From the NCBI GenBank assembly GCA_963725665.1, contig CAVRZA010000002.1, positions 256,001 through 320,000 of the forward strand: a stretch of DNA of 64,000 bases, in the 5' to 3' direction. How positions within the stretch are numbered: position 1 is the first letter of the stretch; each line of letters opens with the position of its first letter. The notes under the pieces were generated by a model. The model ran no database searches. It had not been told where the DNA came from and worked only from the letters and a program-made list of their open reading frames with translations. The stretch comes from an uncultured Actinomycetes bacterium. GTDB taxonomy: Bacteria > Actinomycetota > Thermoleophilia > UBA2241. Shown one piece after another: positions 11,012 to 20,251 of the stretch. The position numbers and the translations under genes were made by a program.

Positions 11012-11704
11012 TTAGGACTCCGCTTCGGGGTCCCAGTCGCCGTCTGGGATCGCCGCGATGCCTTGCGCGAAGCCTTCCCATGCCTCGCTCAGCAGGCCGA
11101 TCGCGTGCTCCACGTCACCCGCTTCAAAAGCGTCGACGATGGCTCCGTGGAGGCGGACCGAGTCCGCCGTGTAGGCGTCGGGGTACTGGAGTCGTATGAG
11201 GCGGTGGACTCGGCTCAGGTACGACGCCATGAGCTCCATGAGGTGTTCGCTCCCGGCTCGTCGCACGAGCACGGTGTGCAGACGGGCGGTGGCGTCGGCG
11301 GCGCCGTCGAGGTCGCTGGTCTCGATGGCCTCGGCGAGCTCGCGCCTCGCAGCGCGCATCTCGCGGATGTCCAGCTCGGTGAGGTGTGGCGCGCCCCATC
11401 TGTAGGCGGTGTCGACCAGCACCCCGTAGACGCGCACTAGGTCGATGGCGCCCTGCATGGTCAGGGGCGCCACCATCGCGGGCCGGTTGGCGCGCCTGAC
11501 GACGAGGCCCTCACCGGCGAGGATCGCCAAAGCCTCGCGGATCGGCGTGCTACTCACGGCGAGCCACTCCCCAAGTTCGTCCACGACGAGGGACTCGCCC
11601 GGCAAAAGGACGCCGCTGATGATGGCTTCGCGCAGCGTCACCAGCACGTCCTCGTGGACTCCGGCCCGCTCCGGCCTTCTCCGTGTCCGTTTCGGGATCG
11701 GCAT
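11012..11704 (-). CDS. GntR/FadR-family regulator
   Basis: LREAIISG.L.PGE.L...VSSTPIREAL..L..EGLV HTH plus FCD-like C-terminus. Confidence 0.85.
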   Translation of the reverse strand: MPIPKRTRRRPERAGVHEDVLVTLREAIISGVLLPGESLVVDELGEWLAVSSTPIREALAILAGEGLVVRRANRPAMVAPLTMQGAIDLVRVYGVLVDTAYRWGAPHLTELDIREMRAARRELAEAIETSDLDGAADATARLHTVLVRRAGSEHLMELMASYLSRVHRLIRLQYPDAYTADSVRLHGAIVDAFEAGDVEHAIGLLSEAWEGFAQGIAAIPDGDWDPEAES

Positions 11705-11866
11705 GGTTCCCCCGTGCGCCCGCCGCCGCTTCGATTTCACGGCGGAGCATAGTACTTTCCGCCGTCCGGCTCACGTTCCGGCTCCGTCTGGCTGCGATCA
11801 GTGGGAGCGGCGGCGGCCCACGCTGGGGTAGACTGCCACGGTGAGTCCCGCACGAGAGGACGGAAG

Positions 11867-13210
11867 TTGCGGATCTGGGACGTCCCCAACGAGACCATGG
11901 CGAGGCCGGAGCTCGAGGCGCTGCAGTTGGAGCGGCTCAAGCGCACGGTGGCCTACGTCTGCGACCGGGTACCGACGTACCGGCGCAAGCTCGACGAGGC
12001 CGGGCTGACACCGGCGAGCGTCCGCAGCCTGGCCGACCTGCGCCGGTTGCCGTTCATGACGAAGGACGACTTCCACGACAACTACCCCTACGGCCTGTTC
12101 GCCGTGCCACTGCGCGAGGTCGTGCGCATCCACTCCTCCTCGGGCACCATCGGCAAGCCGGTGGTGACGGGCTACACAGCCAACGACCTCGACACCTGGG
12201 CGGAGCTCACCGCGCGCCTCGTCACCGCCGCCGGGGTGACCGCGGACGACGTGGCCCAGGTCGCCTTCAGCTACGGCATGTTCACCGGTGGCTTCGGCCT
12301 CCACTACGGCCTCGAGCGGGTAGGCGCGACGGTCGTGCCCCACTCCCCCGGCAATACCAGCCGCCAACTCCAGTTCATGCGCGACTTCGGCGCGACCGTG
12401 CTCGTGGCGACGCCGTCCTACGCGCTCTTCCTGGGTGAGATGCTCGACAGGCGTGGCGTCGACCGCTCGCGTCTGAAGCTCCGTATCGGGCTCTTCGGAG
12501 CCGAGGCGTGCAGCGAATCGATGCGCCGCCAGATCGAGTCTCGTCTGCCGATCTCGGCCACCGACAACTACGGGCTCACCGAGGTCATCGGTCCCGGCGT
12601 CGCCGGGGAGTGTGAGCTCAAGACCGGCATGCACGTCTCCGAGGACCACTTCATCGTCGAGGTCGTCGACCCCGAGAGCGGAGAGCCGGTGGAGGAGGGC
12701 GAGCTCGGCGAGCTGGTGTTCACCTCGCTGAGCAAGGAGGCTTGCCCCGTCCTGCGCTACCGCACGCGCGACCTCTCGACGCTCACCTCCGAGCCCTGTG
12801 CCTGCGGGCGCTCCACCGCCCGCATCGGCAAATTCCGCGGGCGCACGGACGACATGTTCGTCATCAGCGGCGTGAACATCTTCCCCTCGACCATCGAGGG
12901 CATCCTCTTCGAGATCGAGGGCGTGGAGCCCCACTACCAGATCGTCCTGCGTCGCAAGAACGGCCTCGACAGCTTCGAGGTGCGGGTCGAGGTCACCGAG
13001 GAGCTGTTCGACGGCTGGCAGGACGACCTGGTGGCCTTCGAGCGCAAGATCGCCGACGAGCTGCGCTCGGAGCTGCTCGTGCGGCCCAGGGTGAAGCTGG
13101 TCGAGCCCGGGTCGCTCGAGCGTTCGACGGGCAAATCGCGGCGCGTCGTGGACCTGCGTGAGGGTGGGGAGGAGGCGCCGGCGGCGGCGCAGCCGCCCGA
13201 CGGCGCCTAG
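11867..13210 (+). CDS. paaK: Phenylacetate-CoA ligase family protein
   Basis: RIHSSSGTIGKP, YGMFTGGFGLHYG, DNYGLTEVIGPGV, LRYRTRD, GRTDDM; TTG start after GAGAGGA. Confidence 0.85.
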   Translation: MRIWDVPNETMARPELEALQLERLKRTVAYVCDRVPTYRRKLDEAGLTPASVRSLADLRRLPFMTKDDFHDNYPYGLFAVPLREVVRIHSSSGTIGKPVVTGYTANDLDTWAELTARLVTAAGVTADDVAQVAFSYGMFTGGFGLHYGLERVGATVVPHSPGNTSRQLQFMRDFGATVLVATPSYALFLGEMLDRRGVDRSRLKLRIGLFGAEACSESMRRQIESRLPISATDNYGLTEVIGPGVAGECELKTGMHVSEDHFIVEVVDPESGEPVEEGELGELVFTSLSKEACPVLRYRTRDLSTLTSEPCACGRSTARIGKFRGRTDDMFVISGVNIFPSTIEGILFEIEGVEPHYQIVLRRKNGLDSFEVRVEVTEELFDGWQDDLVAFERKIADELRSELLVRPRVKLVEPGSLERSTGKSRRVVDLREGGEEAPAAAQPPDGA

Positions 13211-13246
13211 ACGGCCGGCGACGAGAGCGGCGCAGGGCGCGACGGC

Positions 13247-14179
13247 ATGCCCGAGCTCCCCGAGGCCGAGGTCGCGCGCGCGACGCTGGCGCCCCACGTG
13301 GTGGGCCGGCGCATCGAAGAGGTCGTCTTGCGCATGCCGAGTCGCGTCAGGCGGCCCTTCAAGCTGCCGCGCGACGAAGACGAGCGCGCCCTTGCGGGCT
13401 TCGTCGCCGGCCTGCAGGGCCGCCTGATCACGGGCGTGGAGCGCCGCGGCAAGGGACTGCTCTTCGCCCTCGATGACGGCCAGGCGCTCGACTTCAACTT
13501 CGGCCTCTGGGCGAGCGTCACCTTGCGCGAGCGCCTGCCCGACACGGGCGAGAGCCTCGATCCTCCGGTGAAGAGGCTTGGCCTCGCGCTACGGCCGTCG
13601 CAGGGCGCAACTGGAGAGGGCCTCGCCACGGACGGTCGCACAAGGGAGGCCGGGCCGGACAGTGATGGGGCGCCGCGGCCGTGGCTCGTCTTCGCCGACA
13701 TCACCTTCTCGACCTACGGGCTCGCGGTCTACGCGCCGCCGCCAGGCCCTCCGCCGTACGACGCTCTCGATCTGGCGCTCACACCCATCTTGCTCGCCGA
13801 GCTCGCCGGCCGCGCCTCGCGGCGGTCGGGCGAGCTCAAGCCCTTCCTCATGGACGAGCGCCTGCTTCTCGGCGTCGGCAACGGCTACGCCGACGAGATC
13901 CTGTGGCGCGCGCGCCTGCACCCGCGCCGGCTCGTGACCGGCCTCGGTGAGATGGAGTGGGGGACGCTGCTCGCCGCCCTGCGCGACGTCCTCTACGAGG
14001 CCGTCGCGCAGGGCGGCGAGCCCGACTTCCTTGATGCCGAGTGCCGCCGGGGGCGTTTCGAGAGGCGCATCCACCACCACGCGGGCGATCCCTGCCCACG
14101 CTGTGGAGCGGCCCTCGCCGGCTACGCGCGCTCGGGCCGCGAGACGGACTTCTGTCCCGTCTGTCAGGCGCGGGTGTAG
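13247..14179 (+). CDS. Fpg/Nei-family DNA glycosylase
   Basis: MPELPE N-terminus, RRGK, GVGNGYADEILW H2TH, C-terminal CPRCG...FCPVCQ zinc finger. Confidence 0.85.
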   Translation: MPELPEAEVARATLAPHVVGRRIEEVVLRMPSRVRRPFKLPRDEDERALAGFVAGLQGRLITGVERRGKGLLFALDDGQALDFNFGLWASVTLRERLPDTGESLDPPVKRLGLALRPSQGATGEGLATDGRTREAGPDSDGAPRPWLVFADITFSTYGLAVYAPPPGPPPYDALDLALTPILLAELAGRASRRSGELKPFLMDERLLLGVGNGYADEILWRARLHPRRLVTGLGEMEWGTLLAALRDVLYEAVAQGGEPDFLDAECRRGRFERRIHHHAGDPCPRCGAALAGYARSGRETDFCPVCQARV

Positions 14180-14360
14180 GCCGGGCGGGCAAGGCTTCGG
14201 GCCCTTTTTGGTGAGGCAGAAGGACCCGAAACTGCCGCTGGTGGTGTGACTCTTGCCGGCACGGCGGAGGTTCCTTCCCTTGACCCTCCGCTCCCCTCTC
14301 CTGCCGGGTCTGACGCTCTCAGGTATCGGGGGCGCGCGCCGGAACCTGCATAGAACGGAT

Positions 14361-14443
14361 GTCTACCCGTCGCGCGCAGAGCGCGCGCGCCGCGAGGTCT
14401 ACTCTTCGCGCACAGAGCGCGCGCGCCGTGAGGTCTTCTCGTC
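14361..14443. repeat. 36-bp tandem duplication spanning the 3' end of the SDH protease gene
   Basis: GTCTACCCGTCGCGCGCAGAGCGCGCGCGCCGCGAG then GTCTACTCTTCGCGCACAGAGCGCGCGCGCCGTGAG, plus a partial third copy. Confidence 0.75.
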
Positions 14444-15256
14444 CTTCGAGGGCGAGGGCAGCGGCACGTAGAAGACCGAGGGACGGCGCCGCGGCGGCTG
14501 CGGGAAGAGGCGCATGAGGTGGTAGAACTCCTGCGGCATGTCCGTGCTCACGTCGAGACCCAGGGCCCGGGCCTGATCGACGGTGATGGGAAAGTCGTGC
14601 GTCCAGCGTCCCTCGGTGAGCGTGCGCGCCAGCCGCTCCGCGTCGGCCTTGGGCAGCCGCTCGTTGAGGATGGCCGTCACCGTCTCGGTCATCTGATCGA
14701 TCGCCTTGCGACTCACGTCGGCCAGGATGAGCGTGTCGTCGTCTACCTCGTTGCGGTCCTTCTCGGCGACGGCGGCGAGGATGGAGGCGGCGGGGTACCT
14801 GCCCACCTGCGGGTCGACGGGTCCCAGCACCGCGTTGGGGTCCATGACGATGGCGTCGGCCGCCAGGGCGAGCAGCGTGCCGCCCGACATGGCGTAGTGG
14901 GGCACGAAGATCGTCACCGGCGCAGGGTGGCGGAGCAGGGCGAAGGCGATCTGCTCGGTGGCCAGCACGAGACCGCCCGGCGTGTGCACGATGAAATCGA
15001 TGGGCACGTCGGGCGGTGTCAGGCGGATCGCTCTCAGGATCTCCTCGGAGTCGGCGATGTCGATGTAGCGGAAGACGGGCAGACCGAGCAGGGCCATGAC
15101 CTCCTGGCGGTGGATGAGGCTGACGACGCGGGTGCCGCGCGCCTTCTGGATGGCCGCCATGGTGCGCGAACGGCGCAGGTCCATCAGCTTGAGCTGCACG
15201 ATCGGTGACAGCGCGAGGATGACGAGGAAGATGAAGAGCAGGTCGACGACACTCAT
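14399..15256 (-). CDS. SDH-family Clp-fold serine protease (DUF114-like)
   Basis: IHRQE, IVHTPGGLVLA, PHYAMSGGTLLALAAD, LGPVDPQ, WTHDFPI. Confidence 0.85.
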   Translation of the reverse strand: MSVVDLLFIFLVILALSPIVQLKLMDLRRSRTMAAIQKARGTRVVSLIHRQEVMALLGLPVFRYIDIADSEEILRAIRLTPPDVPIDFIVHTPGGLVLATEQIAFALLRHPAPVTIFVPHYAMSGGTLLALAADAIVMDPNAVLGPVDPQVGRYPAASILAAVAEKDRNEVDDDTLILADVSRKAIDQMTETVTAILNERLPKADAERLARTLTEGRWTHDFPITVDQARALGLDVSTDMPQEFYHLMRLFPQPPRRRPSVFYVPLPSPSKDEKTSRRARSVREE

Positions 15257-15412
15257 GGGGCCACGCCTCGCGTCACGACGCTCACTTCGTAGCTGGCGTC
15301 AGAATGGTATCACCCGCACCCGGCGGGCAAACGTCGACGACACGGCGTGGCGGGCCTCCGACCCCGACGCCAACGACACATGCCGGCCGCGGTCGGGCCT
15401 GACGGAAGACGA

Positions 15413-17464
15413 TCAGACTGTCACGCGGATGAGCTCGAGATAGCTCGTGACGCCCTCGAGCACCTTGCGCATGCCGTCTTGGCGGATGCTTTCGACGCCG
15501 GCCGCGCGTGCAGCGCGAGCCAGCTCGACGAGCGAGGCATTGCGGGCCACCATCTCACGCATCTCCTCGTCGATCGGCATCACCTCATAGAGGCCGACGC
15601 GGCCCAGGTAGCCGGTGCCGAAGCATTTGCGGCAGCCGACCGGTGCCCAGACCTCCATGACGGCGGCGGGCGCCGCTCCGAGGCCCAGCCCCTGCCAGGT
15701 CTCGGCCGCGAGGAGCTCGCGCTTGCGGCAGTGTCTGCAGAGGCGGCGCACGAGGCGCTGGGCGACGATGCAGCGGAAGGCGGCGGCAACAAGGTAGGGG
15801 GGCACGCCCATCTCGATGAGGCGGCCGATCGAGGACGGCGCGTCGCTCGTGTGCAACGTCGTGAACACGAGGTGACCTGTCACAGCAGCGTCGGCCGCCA
15901 TCTTGGCCGTCTCGAGGTCGCGCACCTCGCCGACCATGATGACGTCGGGGTCGGCGCGCACGAGAGAACGCAGCGCGCGGGCGAACGTGAGCCCGATGGC
16001 TGGCATGACTTCGGTCTGCACGATCCCCTGCAGCTTGCGCTCGACGGGGTCCTCGACGGTGTAGATCTTCGTCTCCGGCCGCTTGATGAGCTCGAGCGTG
16101 GTGTAGAGGGTTGTCGACTTGCCGCAACCCGTAGGGCCGCAGATGATCACGCCTCCGTCGGGCTTGGCGATGGCCTCCTCGTAGCGCTGCAGACCGTCGC
16201 CGCTGAAGCCCAGCGAGCCGAGGGTGGGCGGCAGGGGCGAGACCTCGAGCACGCGGACGGTGAGGTTCTCGCCGAAGAGGCTCGGGATCGACGCCAGGCG
16301 CAGGTCGACCACGTCGCCGTCCGGGGTCTCGAGCGATACGCGACCGTCCTGCGGCAGGCGACGCTCGGCGATGTTCATGTCGCCCATGATCTTCACACGA
16401 CTGATGATCCCCGGCACGAGCTGAGCGGGGTATTCGCGCAGGTCGTGCAGCACACCGTCGATGCGACAGCGCACGTGTAGCGTCTCCTCTCGCGGTTCGA
16501 GGTGGATGTCGGACGCTTTCATGCTCACGGCGTCGTAGATGAGCTCGTCGACGATCTCGATGATCGACGTGTCCTGGGCGAGAGCCACGTCGTCGGCCGG
16601 TTTGACCGGCTCGCCCCCGCCGGTCTCCCTGAGCTTGCCGCGGGCGGTGAGGTGGAGTGTGACGGCTTCGTCGAAGGCCGACTCCCCGCAGATCGCGGCC
16701 TTCACCGCCCGCTTCGTGCGCAGCCGTATCTCATCGAGCGTCACCACGTCGAGAGGGTCGGTCATGGCGATCACGAGGGTGCCGTCGTCGTCGAGGCGGA
16801 AGGGCAGCAGGCGGTGACGGATGATGAAGTCGCGCGGCAACAGGCCGATGGCGGCCGGGCTGGGCGAGACCTGGCTCAGATCGGCGATCTCAAGATGAAG
16901 CTGCCCCGCCAGAGCGCGCACGAGGTCGGTCTCGGAGACGAAGGAGTCGCGGACCAGCACCTCGCCCAAGCGCCGACCGTCGGCCTTCTGGCGGGCGAGC
17001 GCCGACTCGAGCTGGGGCTGGTCGAGGAGGCCGCTGGCGACCAGCAGCGCGCCGAGCTTGAGGCGCCCCGCGTTCCTCTGGCGCCGGCGGTCGGTGGCCG
17101 CTCGCAGCTTCTCGCGCAGCTCGTCGAGCAGGAAGGGTTTGGTGACGAAGTCGGCGGCGCCGTAGCGGTGCGCGATCTCGAACGAGGCGAAGTCTTGCCT
17201 TGCGGAGAGCACGACGAACGGCACGCTGCGGAGCTCGGCGCCGGTCAGGGCGCGCAGGACGGCGTCGCCGTCGAGGTTGCCGAAGCTGACCTCGGTGAGC
17301 ACGACGTCGGGCGGGTTCTCGCGCAGGGTTCGCAGCGCCGCGGCGTTTCCCCGATGGACGTCGACCTCGTAGAGATCGGCGAAGTACTGGGCGAGCTCAT
17401 TGCCCAGATCGGAGTCGTCGTCGATGACGAAGAGACGTTTCTTGGCGGCTTGAGCCAGGGTCAC
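15413..17464 (-). CDS. Receiver domain + MshEN + PilB/GspE assembly ATPase fusion
   Basis: N-terminal REC (VIDDD, FVTKPF); tandem MshEN motifs (KLGALLVASGLL.., RLGEVLV..); ASDIHLEP, RLPQDG, GPTGCGKSTT, TVEDPVE, DPDVIMVGEVRD, tetracysteine motif. Confidence 0.9.
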   Translation of the reverse strand: MTLAQAAKKRLFVIDDDSDLGNELAQYFADLYEVDVHRGNAAALRTLRENPPDVVLTEVSFGNLDGDAVLRALTGAELRSVPFVVLSARQDFASFEIAHRYGAADFVTKPFLLDELREKLRAATDRRRQRNAGRLKLGALLVASGLLDQPQLESALARQKADGRRLGEVLVRDSFVSETDLVRALAGQLHLEIADLSQVSPSPAAIGLLPRDFIIRHRLLPFRLDDDGTLVIAMTDPLDVVTLDEIRLRTKRAVKAAICGESAFDEAVTLHLTARGKLRETGGGEPVKPADDVALAQDTSIIEIVDELIYDAVSMKASDIHLEPREETLHVRCRIDGVLHDLREYPAQLVPGIISRVKIMGDMNIAERRLPQDGRVSLETPDGDVVDLRLASIPSLFGENLTVRVLEVSPLPPTLGSLGFSGDGLQRYEEAIAKPDGGVIICGPTGCGKSTTLYTTLELIKRPETKIYTVEDPVERKLQGIVQTEVMPAIGLTFARALRSLVRADPDVIMVGEVRDLETAKMAADAAVTGHLVFTTLHTSDAPSSIGRLIEMGVPPYLVAAAFRCIVAQRLVRRLCRHCRKRELLAAETWQGLGLGAAPAAVMEVWAPVGCRKCFGTGYLGRVGLYEVMPIDEEMREMVARNASLVELARAARAAGVESIRQDGMRKVLEGVTSYLELIRVTV

Positions 17465-17620
17465 TCCTCGGCCGTTTCATGGAGTCAATCGGTCGCCGCG
17501 ACCATCCGCTTGAGCATCTCCTGCCGCTCCGGGCGGCGGATAGCGGGAGTTGGGGTCGATGGGCGGCTCGCTATGCACCGGCAGGCGACGAAGGCCGGCG
17601 CCGACGGAAGCGAAGTGTGG

Positions 17621-17676
17621 GCGCTGATCGCCGCACAAGCCTAGCCCGCGTGCGCTGATCGCCGGACAAGCCTAGC
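17621..17676. repeat. 25-bp direct repeat (1 mismatch, 31-bp period)
   Basis: GCGCTGATCGCCGCACAAGCCTAGC at 17621 and GCGCTGATCGCCGGACAAGCCTAGC at 17652. Confidence 0.75.
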
Positions 17677-17796
17677 TCGGCTCGGTCGGGAGGCCCAAGC
17701 GTTCCGCCCGCGACAGGCGATGACGTTGCCCGCGGCAGAAGGTCGACAAGGGGGGCGGAGTCGTGCGCGCCGTGTCGTGGCTGGGAGATGAGGGAG

Positions 17797-18040
17797 AAAA
17801 CGCCGGGCCGGTTGGGGGGCCTTCATGTGATGCGGGCTCTCGGAAACGGCGGAAGGAACCGGCCCGGCAGGAGAGGGGATGATATTCAGGCCCGAAGGCC
17901 TGGTCCGATATCGCTGCTCCTTTGACCTCCTCACGGAAGACACGAGGAGACGGGCATCGCTCTTGAAATGAACCCGCCTCTCACACCGTTAAGTCTTGTC
18001 GGCACCGGGGCGGCGGCCTTTACCCCACGGGCTCAGAGAA
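17797..18040 (-). ncRNA. Candidate structured RNA or leader, family unassigned
   Basis: No credible ORF; several stems including a C(UUCG)G tetraloop on the minus strand (17887-17902) and a 12-bp terminal stem followed by UUUU. Confidence 0.45.
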
Positions 18041-18089
18041 GGCGTTGGCAGCCGTGATAACGGCCCGCGAACTGGTAAGCTTCCGCGCG

Positions 18090-19430
18090 ATGTTCGAGAA
18101 GGTCCTCATCGCCAACCGGGGCGAGATCGCCGTGCGTATCATCCGCGCCTGCCGCGAGCTCGGCATCGCGACCGTCGCCGTGTACTCGGAGGCCGACGCC
18201 GAGTCGCGGCACGTGACCTTCGCCGACGAGGCCGTCTGCATCGGGCCGCCGCCGGCGATCAAGAGCTACCTGCAGATGGATGCGCTCATCACGGCGGCCA
18301 AGACCCACGGCGCGCAGGCGATCCACCCGGGTTACGGCTTCCTGGCCGAAAACGAACGGTTCTCGGCGCTCTGTCGGGAGGAGGGCATCGCGTTCATCGG
18401 CCCTGCGCCCGAGTCGATCGCGCTCATGGGCGACAAGGCGGCGGCGCGGGCGACGATGACGGCCGCCGCCGTGCCAATCACGCCGGGGTCGGACGGCATC
18501 GTCGCCGACGTCGCCGCCGCGGAGCGGGTGGCGGGTGAGATCGGCCTGCCGCTCATGGTTAAGGCGGCCGGCGGCGGCGGCGGCAAGGGCATCCGCATCG
18601 TGCGCGATGCGGATGCCCTTGCCGCCGCCGTGCGCCAGGCGCAGAACGAGGCCGAGGCCGCGTTCGGCAACCCTGCCGTCTACCTGGAGCGCTACATCGA
18701 GGAGCCGCGCCACGTCGAGATCCAGGTGCTCGCCGATGCGCACGGCCACATTGTCCACCTCGGCGAGCGCGACTGCTCGATCCAGCGCCGCCACCAGAAG
18801 CTCATCGAAGAGGCGCCCTCGCCGGCCGTGGATCCGGAGACGCGCGCGGCCATGGGCGCCGCCGCCGTCGAGGCCGCGCGCGCGGCGGGCTACCAGGGCG
18901 CCGGCACCGTCGAGTTCCTCTTCAACGGGGAGGGGCGCTTCTATTTCATGGAGATGAACACGCGCGTGCAGGTCGAGCACCCCGTCACCGAGATGGTGAC
19001 CGGGATCGACATCGTCAAGACGGGCATCGCCATCGCCGCCGGTGAGCCGCTGCCGTTCACGCAGGATGACGTCGTGGTCGAGGGCCATGCCATCGAGTTC
19101 CGCATCAACGCCGAGGATCCCGCCAACAACTTCCTGCCCAGCCCGGGGCTCGTCGACGAGTGGGCTCCTCCCGGCGGCCCCTGGGTACGGATCGACAGCC
19201 ACGTCTACCAGGGCTACACGGTGCCGCAGTTCTACGACAGCTTGCTGGCGAAGCTGATCGTGTGGGGTCGCGACCGCGACGAGGCCATCCGCCGCGGGCG
19301 CTGGGCCCTCGCGCAGTTCAGGGTCGGCGGCGTCAAGACGACCATCCCCTTCCACCAGCATGTCCTCGACCACCCGCTGTTCGTCGCCGGCACCGTCTCG
19401 ACGCACTTCATCGACGATCACTTCGGGTGA
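18090..19430 (+). CDS. accC: Biotin carboxylase
   Basis: MFEKVLIANRGEIA, HPGYGFLAEN, KAAGGGGGKG, ERDCSIQRRHQK, EMNTRVQVEH, YDSLLAKL. Confidence 0.95.
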   Translation: MFEKVLIANRGEIAVRIIRACRELGIATVAVYSEADAESRHVTFADEAVCIGPPPAIKSYLQMDALITAAKTHGAQAIHPGYGFLAENERFSALCREEGIAFIGPAPESIALMGDKAAARATMTAAAVPITPGSDGIVADVAAAERVAGEIGLPLMVKAAGGGGGKGIRIVRDADALAAAVRQAQNEAEAAFGNPAVYLERYIEEPRHVEIQVLADAHGHIVHLGERDCSIQRRHQKLIEEAPSPAVDPETRAAMGAAAVEAARAAGYQGAGTVEFLFNGEGRFYFMEMNTRVQVEHPVTEMVTGIDIVKTGIAIAAGEPLPFTQDDVVVEGHAIEFRINAEDPANNFLPSPGLVDEWAPPGGPWVRIDSHVYQGYTVPQFYDSLLAKLIVWGRDRDEAIRRGRWALAQFRVGGVKTTIPFHQHVLDHPLFVAGTVSTHFIDDHFG

Positions 19431-19573
19431 GAGTCGCCGACGAGCGGTCCAGTCCCCGCGCGTCCCCCGGGGGCGCACAAGGCCAGGCTCGCGAGTGTGG
19501 CGCTCATCGGCGGGGTAGGATAGGTGGCGAGTACGCTCGACCGTCTGAGGCGAGAGCACGATGAGGAGGGGCC

Positions 19574-20251
19574 ATGGCCTTGCTGCGCGATGAAGACGCC
19601 GCCAAGCTGCGTGAGATCTTCGAGGAGCGGCTTATGGGCGACGTCACGCTGGTGCACTACACGCAGCAGGAGAGCCGCCTTCTCGTGCCCGGCGCCGCTC
19701 AGTGCCCGTCGTGCAAGGACGCCCAAGCGCTCCTCGAGGAGGTCAGTGCGACGAGCGACAGGATCGAGCTCGAGGTGCACGACTTCGCCGCGGAGCTCGA
19801 CGAGGCGCAGGCGGCGGGGATCGACAAGATCCCGGCGACGCTGGTCAAGGGTGAGATGAGCGACGGGCGGGTGCGCTTCTTCGGACTGCCCTCGGGCTAC
19901 GAGTTCGCCAGCCTCATCGAGGACATCATCGACGTCGGCAGCGGCAGCAACGACCTGCCGATGGACACCCTGGAAGCCCTGCGCGGGCTGCAGAAGGACG
20001 TCCACATTCAGGTCTTCGTCACTCCTACCTGTCCGTACTGTCCTGCTGCGGTGCGCACGGCACATAAGTTCGCCATGGCGAGCGAGCACGTGCGCGCCGA
20101 CATGGTGGCGGCCGGCGAGTTCCCCCAGCTCTCGCAGCGCTACCAGGTCATGGCCGTGCCCAAGACCGTGATCAACGAGACCACGTCGTTCGAGGGCGCC
20201 GTGCCCGAGGATGCCTTCCTCCAGCGCGTGCTGGAGGCGGCCGGGAGCTAG
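19574..20251 (+). CDS. Two-domain protein-disulfide oxidoreductase (AhpF-N/PDO type)
   Basis: CPSC and CPYC motifs; RFFGLPSGYEFASL; VMAVPK. Confidence 0.85.
   Translation: MALLRDEDAAKLREIFEERLMGDVTLVHYTQQESRLLVPGAAQCPSCKDAQALLEEVSATSDRIELEVHDFAAELDEAQAAGIDKIPATLVKGEMSDGRVRFFGLPSGYEFASLIEDIIDVGSGSNDLPMDTLEALRGLQKDVHIQVFVTPTCPYCPAAVRTAHKFAMASEHVRADMVAAGEFPQLSQRYQVMAVPKTVINETTSFEGAVPEDAFLQRVLEAAGS

Noticed and set aside
19574-20251. Selenocysteine recoding in redox proteins
   Set aside because: The CxxC motifs are plain Cys, and no in-frame TGA at a catalytic site was found in any gene.
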